Shown: positions 45,986 through 55,288 of the stretch, in pieces
How the letters are laid out: the number at the start of each line of letters is the position of its first letter
How positions within the stretch are numbered: the stretch's first letter is position 1
Made by a program: the position numbers and the translations under genes
Notes under the pieces: generated by a model
What the model was told of the DNA's origin: nothing
The model's input: only the letters and a program-made list of their open reading frames with translations
Database searches by the model: none
From: Eubacteriales bacterium
GTDB taxonomy: Bacteria > Bacillota > Clostridia > Oscillospirales > CAG-272
Reading direction: 5' to 3'
DNA length: 64,000 nucleotides
NCBI GenBank assembly: GCA_018383975.1
Contig: JAHAZT010000041.1
Coordinates: 21,638-85,637 of the forward strand

Positions 45986-47620
45986 ATGAAAAATTTTGAT
46001 ACGTTCGGAATAATGATAGACTGCTCCCGCAACGCCGTATATACCGCCGCGTCAATTGAAAAATTTATTGATATTATGTCGGAAATGGGCTATAACGCTC
46101 TCCTGCTCTACACGGAGGATACGTATGAGGTAGACGGCGAACCGTATTTCGGCTATTTCAGAGGAAGATATACGCAGAGCGAGCTTCGCAGTCTCGACGC
46201 TTACGCAAGGGCTCGCGGCGTGGAGCTTATACCCTGCATACAGACGCTCGCTCATCTTGCCCGTCTCCGCGCACAGGATCCGTATTCTCCTCTCTTTGAC
46301 GTAAACGATATTCTTCTCGCCGACGACGAAAGAGTGTACGCTCTCATAGACAAAATGTTTTCGGCGTGCGAAAAGTCGTTCACCTCGCGCAGAATAAATA
46401 TCGGCATGGACGAGGCGCATATGGTCGGTCTCGGAAAATATCTGGATATTCACGGCTATACGGACAGATACGATATTCTGCGCAGACATATGGAAAGAGT
46501 GAATAAAATCGCGCGTTCGCACGGCTTTGAGCCGATGATGTGGAGCGATATGTTTTTCCGTTTTGCAACGGGCGGCAGCTACTGGGCAGACGAAATCGTC
46601 ATAACCGAAAAAGAACGTTCAATGGTGCCGGACGGCATGAACGTTGTTTACTGGGATTACTATTCGATAGACAAGAAAAAATATGACATAATGTTTGATA
46701 ATCACCGGCTTCTTTCGGACAAAACGTGGTTTGCCGGCGGAATATGGACGTGGACAGGCTTTACGCCGCACAACAACGAGTCGCTCAGAGTGATAAATCC
46801 CGCAATCGAAAGCTGTATCGAAAAGGGCATCCGCAACGCCTTTATGACAATGTGGGGCGACGGCGGCGCGGAATGCTCCGTCTTTTCCGTGCTTCCCGCA
46901 ATGTATTATGCCGCCAGAAAAGCGGACGGCGAAAACGACCTGCAAAAAATCAAGGCTGGCTTTGAGGATATGTTCGGCATAGGCTATGACGATTTCTGTC
47001 TGCTCGACCTGCCCGACCTCATTCCGCGCGAGATAAAATCGGCGTGGCGCGTAAATCCCTATATGAAAAACCCTTCAAGGTATATGCTTTATAACGACCC
47101 CTTCCTCGGCAGGTATGATTCTCTCGTTCATTTCAACGAGGATAAATTCTATTCGGAATGCTCCGAAAAGCTCGCTCCGCTCGTCAATACCGAGGGTTTC
47201 GGTTATCTTTTCAGAGCGACAAAAGCACTTTGCGACGTGCTTTCCGTAAAATACACGCTCGGCGCAAGGGCAAGAAAGGCATATCAGTCCGGCGACAGAG
47301 CGGAGCTTGAAAAGGTTCTTTCCGACTTTGCGGTGGCAAAAGAAAAGCTGGACGACTTCCGTCGCGCTTATTACGACGAATGGTTTGCGGAAAAAAAGCC
47401 GGAGGGCTATGAAGTAATCGATCTGCGTCTCGGCGGACTTGCGTCAAGACTTGAAACCTGCGGAAAGCGTCTTTCGGACTATCTCTCCGGCAAGCTCGCC
47501 CGCATTGAAGAGCTTGAAAACGAGCTTCTCTGCTGTGACGGCTGCGGAAAGGACTTTTACGGTCAGGTCGGATTTTTCGCAAGCTACGAACGCGCCGCAA
47601 GCCAGAGCAATCTGCTCTGA
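45986..47620 (+). CDS. glycoside hydrolase family 20-like beta-N-acetylhexosaminidase
   Basis: FGIMIDCSRN..GYNALLLYTED..GRYTQSELRSLDAYARARGVELIPCIQTLAHL and NIGMDEAH (D-E catalytic pair context). Confidence 0.75.
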   Translation: MKNFDTFGIMIDCSRNAVYTAASIEKFIDIMSEMGYNALLLYTEDTYEVDGEPYFGYFRGRYTQSELRSLDAYARARGVELIPCIQTLAHLARLRAQDPYSPLFDVNDILLADDERVYALIDKMFSACEKSFTSRRINIGMDEAHMVGLGKYLDIHGYTDRYDILRRHMERVNKIARSHGFEPMMWSDMFFRFATGGSYWADEIVITEKERSMVPDGMNVVYWDYYSIDKKKYDIMFDNHRLLSDKTWFAGGIWTWTGFTPHNNESLRVINPAIESCIEKGIRNAFMTMWGDGGAECSVFSVLPAMYYAARKADGENDLQKIKAGFEDMFGIGYDDFCLLDLPDLIPREIKSAWRVNPYMKNPSRYMLYNDPFLGRYDSLVHFNEDKFYSECSEKLAPLVNTEGFGYLFRATKALCDVLSVKYTLGARARKAYQSGDRAELEKVLSDFAVAKEKLDDFRRAYYDEWFAEKKPEGYEVIDLRLGGLASRLETCGKRLSDYLSGKLARIEELENELLCCDGCGKDFYGQVGFFASYERAASQSNLL

Positions 47621-47634
47621 ATTTCAGGCGCTTC

Positions 47635-48027
47635 TCAGTCGGAACGCAAAGCCGCGTCAAAGATGAGCGCACAATAGTGTGCCGAGCCGTCTGCAATGAC
47701 GCGCACGGGAATTTCATCAAGCCGGAATTCTTCTTTTATCCGGCAGATACAGTCTTCTCCGGTGAGCGCGGGGTGAGCATATATCACGGCTTCTCCGCGC
47801 TTTATCTCAACTCTTCCGCGCGGAAACCAGTCGAAAGGATGCCCGCCGGTTATACTTTTGCCGAGTTTTTCCCATTCGGCTTTGTGATTGAAATTATCGC
47901 CCGATTTTGAACTGAACCCGTCAAAAGCCTCCGTCGGAACACCGTCGGAGTCGCACAAAACCTTTTTGCAAACCCATACAGTCTCGCCGTCGCGGCTCAA
48001 AGCCCGCCAAAATATTCCCTTATACAT
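47635..48027 (-). CDS. hypothetical protein (130 aa)
   Basis: Balanced composition and a GAGAGG RBS. No family recognised. Confidence 0.5.
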   Translation of the reverse strand: MYKGIFWRALSRDGETVWVCKKVLCDSDGVPTEAFDGFSSKSGDNFNHKAEWEKLGKSITGGHPFDWFPRGRVEIKRGEAVIYAHPALTGEDCICRIKEEFRLDEIPVRVIADGSAHYCALIFDAALRSD

Positions 48028-48155
48028 CCGTAACCTCTCGTTGTTTTCGTATCTGCGGATGAAAATCCGCCCGATTGTTTATTGCACATTGTTTTCTCGT
48101 TCCCGTTGCCTGCGGGAATACCCGAACCACTTTCATCGGTCATAACGTTAAACGT

Positions 48156-48186
48156 AATCCGCATCGCTCGTATGCGGATTTTTTAT
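48156..48186 (+). terminator. hairpin with canonical T-run on the plus strand, overlapping the TetR stop
   Basis: aatccgcat-cgctcgt-atgcggatt followed by ttttattt on the plus strand. On the minus strand it is followed only by acgtttaacgtt. Confidence 0.55.
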
Positions 48187-48731
48187 TTGAACGCGCAGAG
48201 CGTGCTGACAACAATGCGGTTTATAAAATCGGAAAGTCTTTGCCGGCTGTATTTGCCGTAGCCGTCAACCACAACGTGAAGCAGTCCGTTTGAAAGGTGG
48301 ATATAGAGCATATCCAACTCCTCCTCGGTGGCATTTTTAAGCTCTCCGCGCCAGTAGTCGATGCTTTTTTCCCTTGCAAGCTCTATCATTTTGCCGAGAA
48401 TTTTTCTGTCGCCGCCGTGGAACACCAGCACGCGACAGGCATGGTCGTTGCGCTCGATCATTTCATATATGGCGCTCATAAGCGAGGTGACGTCAAGGGA
48501 GCGTATATATTTCAGCGACTCCTCAAAGCCCTCAAGCATTTCATCCTCTATGCTTTCAAGCAAAGCAAAGCAATCGGTATAGTGGGCGTAGAAGGTCGCG
48601 CGGTTCAGCTCGGCAAGCTCGCAAACCTCCTTGACGGTTATTTTGTTTACCGGTTTTTCTTCAAGCAGCTTAAGAAAACTTTCCTTCAATACCTTTTGCG
48701 TATAACGAACGCGTGCATCAATCTTTTTCAT
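48183..48731 (-). CDS. TetR/AcrR family transcriptional regulator
   Basis: N-terminal HTH ITVKEVCELAELNRATFYAHYTD. Confidence 0.88.
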   Translation of the reverse strand: MKKIDARVRYTQKVLKESFLKLLEEKPVNKITVKEVCELAELNRATFYAHYTDCFALLESIEDEMLEGFEESLKYIRSLDVTSLMSAIYEMIERNDHACRVLVFHGGDRKILGKMIELAREKSIDYWRGELKNATEEELDMLYIHLSNGLLHVVVDGYGKYSRQRLSDFINRIVVSTLCAFK

Positions 48732-48852
48732 TGCACAAACTTCCTTAACAAAACATTTACAAAGATAATCAACACCGCCCGAACGGCTGTCGGGTATCTT
48801 TCAGATTCACAAAAGCTGACGGTTGTTATTTCTCTGTATTACTATTATACTG

Positions 48853-48878
48853 TAAGTGTGAAAGATATTCAACACTTA
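48853..48878. promoter_or_regulatory. inverted repeat, candidate TetR operator in the divergent promoter region
   Basis: TAAGTGT-N12-ACACTTA between a tatact -10-like box and the AAGGAGGG RBS of the 48901 gene. Confidence 0.35.
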
Positions 48879-48900
48879 TCTTGAAAAGGAGGGTAAAAAA

Positions 48901-49908
48901 ATGTTTACAAAATACTTTGTTACAGGAGCAACAGGCTTTCTCGGCACGGCTGTCATTTCAAGACTTATGACACAGACAGCGGATATTTATGCGCTGGTTC
49001 TGAAGGACGACCCGCTCGCCGCAAGCCTGCCCGAAGGAATACACGTGTTGACGGGCAATGTCTGTGACCCCTCATCTGTTGATTCGTTCCTTGACGGTGC
49101 AGACGGTCAGAGCTGCGTGATACACTGCGCGGGAATTGTTTCCGTTGCCAGCCATCCGGGCAAGCTTCTCTATGACGTCAACGTCGGCGGCACGAAAAAT
49201 ATTGTGAAAGCGTGCATTTCTCACGGAGTCGGCAAGTTGGTTTACGTCAGCTCGGTTCATGCTCTTGCGGAAAGACCGAAGGGCGTGGAGGCGGACGCCG
49301 AAGCAGAATCGTTCGACCCCGAAAAGCTCGTCGGCGATTATGCAAAAAGCAAGGCGATGGCGACGCGCATCGTGCTCAACGCCGCCAAAAAATCACTCAA
49401 CGCAAGCGTCGTTCTTCCTTCCGGAATAATAGGTCCGGGCGATACGGCGGGAGGAAGCATTACGGAGCTGCTCCTGTCTTTCCTTGCCGGAAAGTTGCCG
49501 GTTGCCGTGAAAGGCGGATATGACTTCGTCGACGTGCGCGACGTCGCGGCGGGCATTGTGTCCTGTGCGGAAAACGGCGTGCGCGGAAAATGCTATATTC
49601 TTTCCGGTCACTATGCCACAATCCGTGATATTCTCGAAACCGTTGCCAAAAACACCGGTATTAAAAAGGTCGTTTCGTATATTCCCATTGCGCTTGCGAA
49701 AATCGTTGCGCCGTTCTACGAGCTTAACAGCATAAGGAAAAAGAAGAAACTTTTCTTCACGCCGTATGCCGTTCGTGTTCTGCAAAGCAATGCGCTGTTT
49801 TCCGAAAAAGCCGCAAAAAATGACCTCGGCTATGCGCCGCGCTCATTGAAAGAAACCCTTTCGGACACGGTGAAATGGCTGAAAAGGTCGCGCCTCGCAA
49901 CAACATAA
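48901..49908 (+). CDS. NAD-dependent epimerase/dehydratase family protein (extended SDR)
   Basis: VTGATGFLG Rossmann motif and YAKSK catalytic motif. Confidence 0.85.
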   Translation: MFTKYFVTGATGFLGTAVISRLMTQTADIYALVLKDDPLAASLPEGIHVLTGNVCDPSSVDSFLDGADGQSCVIHCAGIVSVASHPGKLLYDVNVGGTKNIVKACISHGVGKLVYVSSVHALAERPKGVEADAEAESFDPEKLVGDYAKSKAMATRIVLNAAKKSLNASVVLPSGIIGPGDTAGGSITELLLSFLAGKLPVAVKGGYDFVDVRDVAAGIVSCAENGVRGKCYILSGHYATIRDILETVAKNTGIKKVVSYIPIALAKIVAPFYELNSIRKKKKLFFTPYAVRVLQSNALFSEKAAKNDLGYAPRSLKETLSDTVKWLKRSRLATT

Positions 49909-49910
49909 AT

Positions 49911-49995
49911 CCCTTGTGCCGCAGCCGCACCGCTTCTCTTCGATCTTCTCTCTTATCTTTTATCTCAAAAAGCCCCGCCGAAGCGGGGCTTTTTG
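49911..49995 (+). repeat. dispersed intergenic repeat copy 3 (hairpin + pyrimidine-rich tract + bidirectional terminator)
   Basis: ..gtgccgcagccgcaccgcttctcttcgatcttctctcttatcttttatctcaaaaagccccgccgaagcggggcttttt. Confidence 0.9.
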
Positions 49996-49997
49996 TT

Positions 49998-52040
49998 TTA
50001 CAGATTTTCTGCAAGATATTCATCTATTGCGGCACGCAAAGTTGTAAGAGCGTTCGACGTTGACGAGTTTTTCACCTGCGCGCCTGCCGAGTCGAAATGA
50101 CCGCCGCCGCCCATTTTTTCAAGTATGAGCTGAACGTTTATCGTTCCCTGCGAACGCGCCGATATATGAACCGTATCGTCTATTCTGCAAAGCGCGAACG
50201 CCGCCTGCACTCCTTCAACGGAAAGCAGTCTGTCCGCCGCTTTTGCCGCGGAAACACGCATAAGCGGCGAATTTGTCTCTGCGTCATTGAGCGCTATCGC
50301 AATAACCGATTTATATATAACGACGTTACTTTCAAACTTCGCCTCGCTGAGGAACTCTTTTATTCCCGTCTTGAAAAGGTTTTCCGCATCGGTCGGGCTT
50401 GCGCCTTCGCCGCGGAGATACATAGCGGACGAAAACGTTCTCGTTCCCGTATTGTGCGTAAAGCGTTTCGTATCGAGCAGAAGTCCGGCGAAGAGCATAT
50501 CCGCCTCCACCTTCGGAAGCGTTCCGGCGGGGAGCGTCTGTTCAAGAAATTCGGAGAGCAGCTCCGACGCCGACGACGCCGACGGCTCTATATAAACAAT
50601 GCTCGGTCTGACCTTGTATTCGCCGGTCTTTCTGTGGTGGTCGATTATGACGAGATTGCTCACGTTGCTGACAATGTCCGGAGCCTCGCAGAAAGCGAGA
50701 TTGTTCACGTCGACAACAACCGCCAACGTATCGCTGCGGATGAGATCCTGCGCCTCGATCTTATCCGTAAACAGAGCGCCGTATTCGGGATATTCTTCAA
50801 GACGTGCAAAGCACGACGCGAGGTTGCGGTCATTTTTGTCTGCGACTATATTGACCTTCACTCCGCAGAACGTTGCAAGTCTTGCAACGGCAAGGCACGA
50901 AGCAAATGCGTCAAAGTCCGCAAAGCGGTGACCCATAACGATAACGTTTGAGCTCTTTTTCAGAAGCGACATGAACTCTCCCGCGATAACGCGCGAACGC
51001 ACCTTTGTACGCTTCTGAACCGCCTTCGTCTTGCCGCCGTAAAAGTCGACGCCGTCCGCACTTTTAACAACAACCTGGTCGCCGCCTCTCTGAAGCGCAA
51101 GGTCAAGAGCCGACTGTGTGACTCTCTCTTTTTCATAAAGGGTGCCGCTTATCTTCGCTATGCCTATTGATATCGTGACCGGCATTGACGTTTCTCCGAC
51201 GTATATCTCGCGGACCTCGTCGAGGACGGAGAATTTGTCCTCCTCAAACTTTTCAAGATATTTCGCGGCAAATACGCATATGAACTTATTGTTTGCGTAT
51301 TCGCGGACAATCCCTCCGACAGCCTCCATATGCTTGCGGAGTATCGTTTCGACGTCGGATGCCGCCGTATCGTAAAGCTCCTGCACATACTGCATAAGCT
51401 CATCAAGGTTATCAATCATTGCGTAGGCGACGATTGTGTCCTCGTCCTCAAGCCTTTTGGCAAGGGCGCGTGTTTCCGTATAGTCGGCGAATATCGCCAT
51501 ATAATATGTTTTGCCATGCGACGTAACCTTGTAGCCCTTTGCGCGGAAGCATTCGCCCGATGAGCCTGCGTCTATTTCGGAAGAAAACGAAACCTCCGTT
51601 CCGTCCTCGTCGTCATCCTTGAGAATACGTTCTATCGTCGCATCGCAGATGTTGTCTATATACTTTCCGAAAACCATCGTTCTGGAGCGGAAGCGCGAGG
51701 AAAGCGCGGTGTTGTACCAGACGATTTTTCCCTTTTCGTCGCATATGACGACGGGCATATAGAGCTTCTGAATGAAATCGAGAGAGATATTTCCGAAAAC
51801 GGAGCTTCTCACCTCGCTCATCACTTTACCGCTCACCGTGCCGCGCACAAGCTCCGCTATACCGACGGCAAGAACGCATACCATATATCCGCCCAGACCG
51901 TAAAGCGCGATGCTTACGGGGTCGCCCTCGCTGTATACTATCGCGATGGCAACAATCGCAAGCGCAACGACTCCGCCGACGGCGCATATTATCCCCAGCG
52001 GAAACCGTTTTTTCTTTGCATCATTTGATTTATCCGACAT
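49998..52040 (-). CDS. gdpP: cyclic-di-AMP phosphodiesterase GdpP (TM-PAS-degenerate GGDEF-DHH/DHHA1)
   Basis: Two N-terminal TMs, MGHRFADFDAF (DHH), DHH at IIDHH, and GGGGHFDSAGAQ (DHHA1). Lies downstream of yybS, as in Bacillus. Confidence 0.9.
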   Translation of the reverse strand: MSDKSNDAKKKRFPLGIICAVGGVVALAIVAIAIVYSEGDPVSIALYGLGGYMVCVLAVGIAELVRGTVSGKVMSEVRSSVFGNISLDFIQKLYMPVVICDEKGKIVWYNTALSSRFRSRTMVFGKYIDNICDATIERILKDDDEDGTEVSFSSEIDAGSSGECFRAKGYKVTSHGKTYYMAIFADYTETRALAKRLEDEDTIVAYAMIDNLDELMQYVQELYDTAASDVETILRKHMEAVGGIVREYANNKFICVFAAKYLEKFEEDKFSVLDEVREIYVGETSMPVTISIGIAKISGTLYEKERVTQSALDLALQRGGDQVVVKSADGVDFYGGKTKAVQKRTKVRSRVIAGEFMSLLKKSSNVIVMGHRFADFDAFASCLAVARLATFCGVKVNIVADKNDRNLASCFARLEEYPEYGALFTDKIEAQDLIRSDTLAVVVDVNNLAFCEAPDIVSNVSNLVIIDHHRKTGEYKVRPSIVYIEPSASSASELLSEFLEQTLPAGTLPKVEADMLFAGLLLDTKRFTHNTGTRTFSSAMYLRGEGASPTDAENLFKTGIKEFLSEAKFESNVVIYKSVIAIALNDAETNSPLMRVSAAKAADRLLSVEGVQAAFALCRIDDTVHISARSQGTINVQLILEKMGGGGHFDSAGAQVKNSSTSNALTTLRAAIDEYLAENL

Positions 52041-52073
52041 AGCATTGTCCTTTCGGTTTATTTTATTCTCGGC

Positions 52074-53150
52074 TTACATCATGCCGTTGTCATCATCATT
52101 TTTCGGCAATGACTCTGCCCTTCTTTTAATAAATACGGCAACCGCGCCGAATATCGAAACCATTGTATACGTAATCTGCGGTGCGAAAACCAGCAGGATA
52201 ACAAACATAAAAATAAACATTCCCCTTCTTCCGTAGACCATGGGGCTTTTCTTTTCCGCCAACATTCCGACGCCTGTTGCGGCGAACACGGGCGAGGTTA
52301 TAAGCACGAGATTATACGCCACGATATTGACAACCGATCCCGATGAAGAAGCCGACGCGAAAATATATGTTATTCCGAACAGCACGATTGAAACCGCGTA
52401 AATTATAACCGTGACCATTGTGGGATAAAGCTCCCAGCGCGGCGACGGGATAATCACCTCGCAGCGCGCCTTTCTTGCGGAAAACGTGAAAATGCACGTC
52501 ACAAAATAGCAGAAAATCTGCAGAAACGCAATCATAAGCCCCGGCATGAGCATTATAAAGGAGTCGGCAAGGGTTTTCGCAAGCTCCTTCACATCGGACT
52601 TGTCAACCGTCTGTCCCATGCCTTTCAGCGTTTCCGCATAAGCGTTCACCATATCGCTTATTGCCGTGCGGATAACGTTGATCTTGCCTTCCGCAAACGC
52701 TTTTACTCCCTCTGCCGAAAACACTCCGCCGGACATGAAATATTCCGCAATCAGCGCTATCAGCAGCATGAGCGCAAACGACGCCGACATCGCAATGACC
52801 GTTCCGGTCCTGTCGCTCTTTTTCACCGTGCAGAGCGCAAGCACCCCGCCGACGGCGACAAAAGCACAGAAAACGATGACGCTGTCCAATCCGCCGCCCA
52901 TAACGGTTATTATGACGGAGCCTGTCACCACCGCAACCGGACAGAGAATGCAGCATATAAGAGAGGCGCGCATACAGATCAGCAGCGCGAGCATCGCCGC
53001 GGACGCCATCATAAGCAGCAGCCCCATGAGCACATTTCCCTTTGCCGTTCCGAAAGCGGACAAAACCGCGCTCAAAAGCATAATCGTTCCCGGCACGACG
53101 GGAGAAGCAACTCTTCTTCCCGCTCCGCCTTCGTTCATTCCGTTGTTCAT
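52074..53150 (-). CDS. yybS: YybS-like DUF2232 polytopic membrane protein
   Basis: About 9 TMs. Conserved position immediately upstream of gdpP. ATGA overlap with the hprK stop. Confidence 0.7.
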   Translation of the reverse strand: MNNGMNEGGAGRRVASPVVPGTIMLLSAVLSAFGTAKGNVLMGLLLMMASAAMLALLICMRASLICCILCPVAVVTGSVIITVMGGGLDSVIVFCAFVAVGGVLALCTVKKSDRTGTVIAMSASFALMLLIALIAEYFMSGGVFSAEGVKAFAEGKINVIRTAISDMVNAYAETLKGMGQTVDKSDVKELAKTLADSFIMLMPGLMIAFLQIFCYFVTCIFTFSARKARCEVIIPSPRWELYPTMVTVIIYAVSIVLFGITYIFASASSSGSVVNIVAYNLVLITSPVFAATGVGMLAEKKSPMVYGRRGMFIFMFVILLVFAPQITYTMVSIFGAVAVFIKRRAESLPKNDDDNGMM

Positions 53151-54121
53151 TCCTCTGTTTCGCCTCCCGCAAGAAGTCTGTTCATGCGCTTGTTGAACTC
53201 CTCCGCCGTATTGTAGCCCATTTTCTTCTGACGGTTATTCATGGCGGCGATTTCAAGAATTATCGCAAGGTTTCTGCCGGGGCGAACGGGGATTGTCGTT
53301 GTCGGGACTTCTATTCCGAGAATGTTTGTCGTTTCCTGTTCAAGACCGAGCCTGTCATAAATCTTGTTTTTGTCCCATTGCTCCAGTTTTATAACCATAT
53401 CAATCTTTTCCGTCTCTTTGACGGAGCCCATACCGAAAAGCCGACGAACGTCCACTATTCCTATACCGCGAAGCTCGATAAAGTGACGTATTATCTCCGG
53501 CGAAGAGCCGACGAGCGTCTTTGCCGAAACCTTTTTTATCTCAACGGCGTCGTCCGCAATGAAGCGGTGACCCCTTTTTACAAGCTCAATCGCCGTTTCG
53601 CTCTTTCCGACTCCGCTTTCGCCGAGCATGAGTATTCCCTCGCCGTAAACCTCAACAAGAACTCCGTGACGGGTTATTCTCGGCGCAAGGTATACATTCA
53701 GCGAAGCGATGAGCGCCGCCTGAAATTCGGACGACTTCTGCGCCGTGCGGAAAACAGGCACGGAATATTTTTCCGCCGCACGAAGCATTTCGTCAAAAAC
53801 GGGCAGAGACGTCGTCACAATGACCGCGGGTATTCCCTTCGCAAACAGGTCGTCAAGCTTTTTCTCTCTTTCCGTATGCGTCGCAAAGCCGAGATATTCC
53901 GATTCCGCATTTCCGATAAGCTGAAGGCGGTTCGGGTCAAAGCAATCGAAAAATCCGCCGAGCGCAAGCCCGGGTCGGCTCACGTCCGGACTTTTTATAA
54001 GTATCTTTTCCCAGCCCTGCGGGGCATATATCGTTTCAAGGCGGAATTCGTCCGCGATTTTTTTAAGTTCGACGCTGTATTCGCCGACGGCGTATTCCAT
54101 TCCGTTTCCGTCTATGTTCAT
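53147..54121 (-). CDS. hprK: HPr kinase/phosphorylase
   Basis: GVLVEVYGEGILMLGESGVGKSETAIELVKRGHRFIADD (P-loop) and LRGIGIVDV signature. Confidence 0.95.
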   Translation of the reverse strand: MNIDGNGMEYAVGEYSVELKKIADEFRLETIYAPQGWEKILIKSPDVSRPGLALGGFFDCFDPNRLQLIGNAESEYLGFATHTEREKKLDDLFAKGIPAVIVTTSLPVFDEMLRAAEKYSVPVFRTAQKSSEFQAALIASLNVYLAPRITRHGVLVEVYGEGILMLGESGVGKSETAIELVKRGHRFIADDAVEIKKVSAKTLVGSSPEIIRHFIELRGIGIVDVRRLFGMGSVKETEKIDMVIKLEQWDKNKIYDRLGLEQETTNILGIEVPTTTIPVRPGRNLAIILEIAAMNNRQKKMGYNTAEEFNKRMNRLLAGGETEE

Positions 54122-54258
54122 GGCTGCCCTTTCCGTGTCATAAAAACACTTCCGTAAAATAGTACAAGTTAATTATATCCTATATCGATACTATTTTCAA
54201 TAAATATTTTATGATTTTTTCGTAAACATAATAAAAAAGCGTTTCAAAGGAGGAAAAT

Positions 54259-54903
54259 ATGGCGGCAATATTCATAAGAACACTGATTATTTACGTAATT
54301 CTGATTGCAATGATGCGCTTCACGGGCAAAAGACAGATAGGTCAGCTTCAGGTTTCCGAGCTGATAACGGCATTTCTCATAAGTGAAATAGCGTCAAACC
54401 CCATAACCGACAACAATATTCCGCTTCTTCACGCAATCGTGCCGATAACCGTAATTCTTTGCCTTGAAGTGATAGCTTCGTTCCTTTCGACAAAATCCGC
54501 CGTCATAAAGAAGTTTCTTGAAGGCAAGCCGAGCGTCGTCGTGCGCAACGGGGTGCCCGTGCAGAAGGAAATGGCAAAAATGCGCATGAGCGTTGAGGAT
54601 TTGCTCTGTCAACTTCGTCTCAAGGACACGCCCTCTCCGTCCGTTGTGGACTATGCGATTTTTGAGCCGAACGGACAAATATCCGTTTTCCCGCTCGAAA
54701 ACGCGCCGTCGGTCACAGGCATAGCGCACCCCGTCATAGTCGACGGTCACATAATAAATTACGTTCTTTCCGAAATCGGCAAGGACGAAAAATGGCTGTT
54801 CAAAACACTCGAAAAAAAGAAAATCTGCAATATAAAAACCGTTTTTCTGATGACTGTCGACGACGGCGACGCCGTCACCGTTTACAAAAAGGAGGCAAAA
54901 TGA
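54259..54903 (+). CDS. DUF421 (YetF-like) membrane protein
   Basis: MMRFTGKRQIGQLQVSELI N-terminal signature and EPNGQISV C-terminal motif. Confidence 0.85.
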   Translation: MAAIFIRTLIIYVILIAMMRFTGKRQIGQLQVSELITAFLISEIASNPITDNNIPLLHAIVPITVILCLEVIASFLSTKSAVIKKFLEGKPSVVVRNGVPVQKEMAKMRMSVEDLLCQLRLKDTPSPSVVDYAIFEPNGQISVFPLENAPSVTGIAHPVIVDGHIINYVLSEIGKDEKWLFKTLEKKKICNIKTVFLMTVDDGDAVTVYKKEAK

Positions 54904-55286
54904 AAACCTTCATAGCTTCGCTCATACTTCTCTGCGCCGTTGCGACCTTTATAGCTTTCAACACGGCATATATCGTGCGTATATCCGATGAAATGCTTGA
55001 AATTGCAGAGTCGCTGCCGGAAAGCAAGGCAGCTTTTGAGGCGGATATCCCGTCTGCCATGGAAAAAACGCAAAGGCTCTGGGACTTATGGGACAAGACA
55101 ATAGATAAATTTGCGTTTACAATCGGTTACGGTCATATCGACCGTGCCGACGACGCCGCAGCCGAGCTTTACTTCGCCGCAAAAAACGGCGACGGCGACT
55201 CATTCATCACCGCCGCCGCAAAATTCCGCGATTGCCTGACGCGAATGAAAAAGCTCGAAAGCTTTGACTTCGGAAGCATTATGTGA
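54900..55286 (+). CDS. DUF4363-like small membrane-anchored protein
   Basis: ATGA overlap with the DUF421 gene and one N-terminal TM. This pairing with DUF421 is common in Firmicutes. The 54792 start in the track overlaps the upstream gene. Confidence 0.6.
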   Translation: MKTFIASLILLCAVATFIAFNTAYIVRISDEMLEIAESLPESKAAFEADIPSAMEKTQRLWDLWDKTIDKFAFTIGYGHIDRADDAAAELYFAAKNGDGDSFITAAAKFRDCLTRMKKLESFDFGSIM

Positions 55287-55288
55287 TT

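Noticed and set aside
48028-48155. Leader of the 130-aa gene as a riboswitch (ggttcgggtattcccgcaggcaacgggaacgag...)
   Set aside because: It contains small hairpins but nothing matching c-di-GMP, preQ1, ZTP or other classes I can recall. Evidence is insufficient without covariation data.
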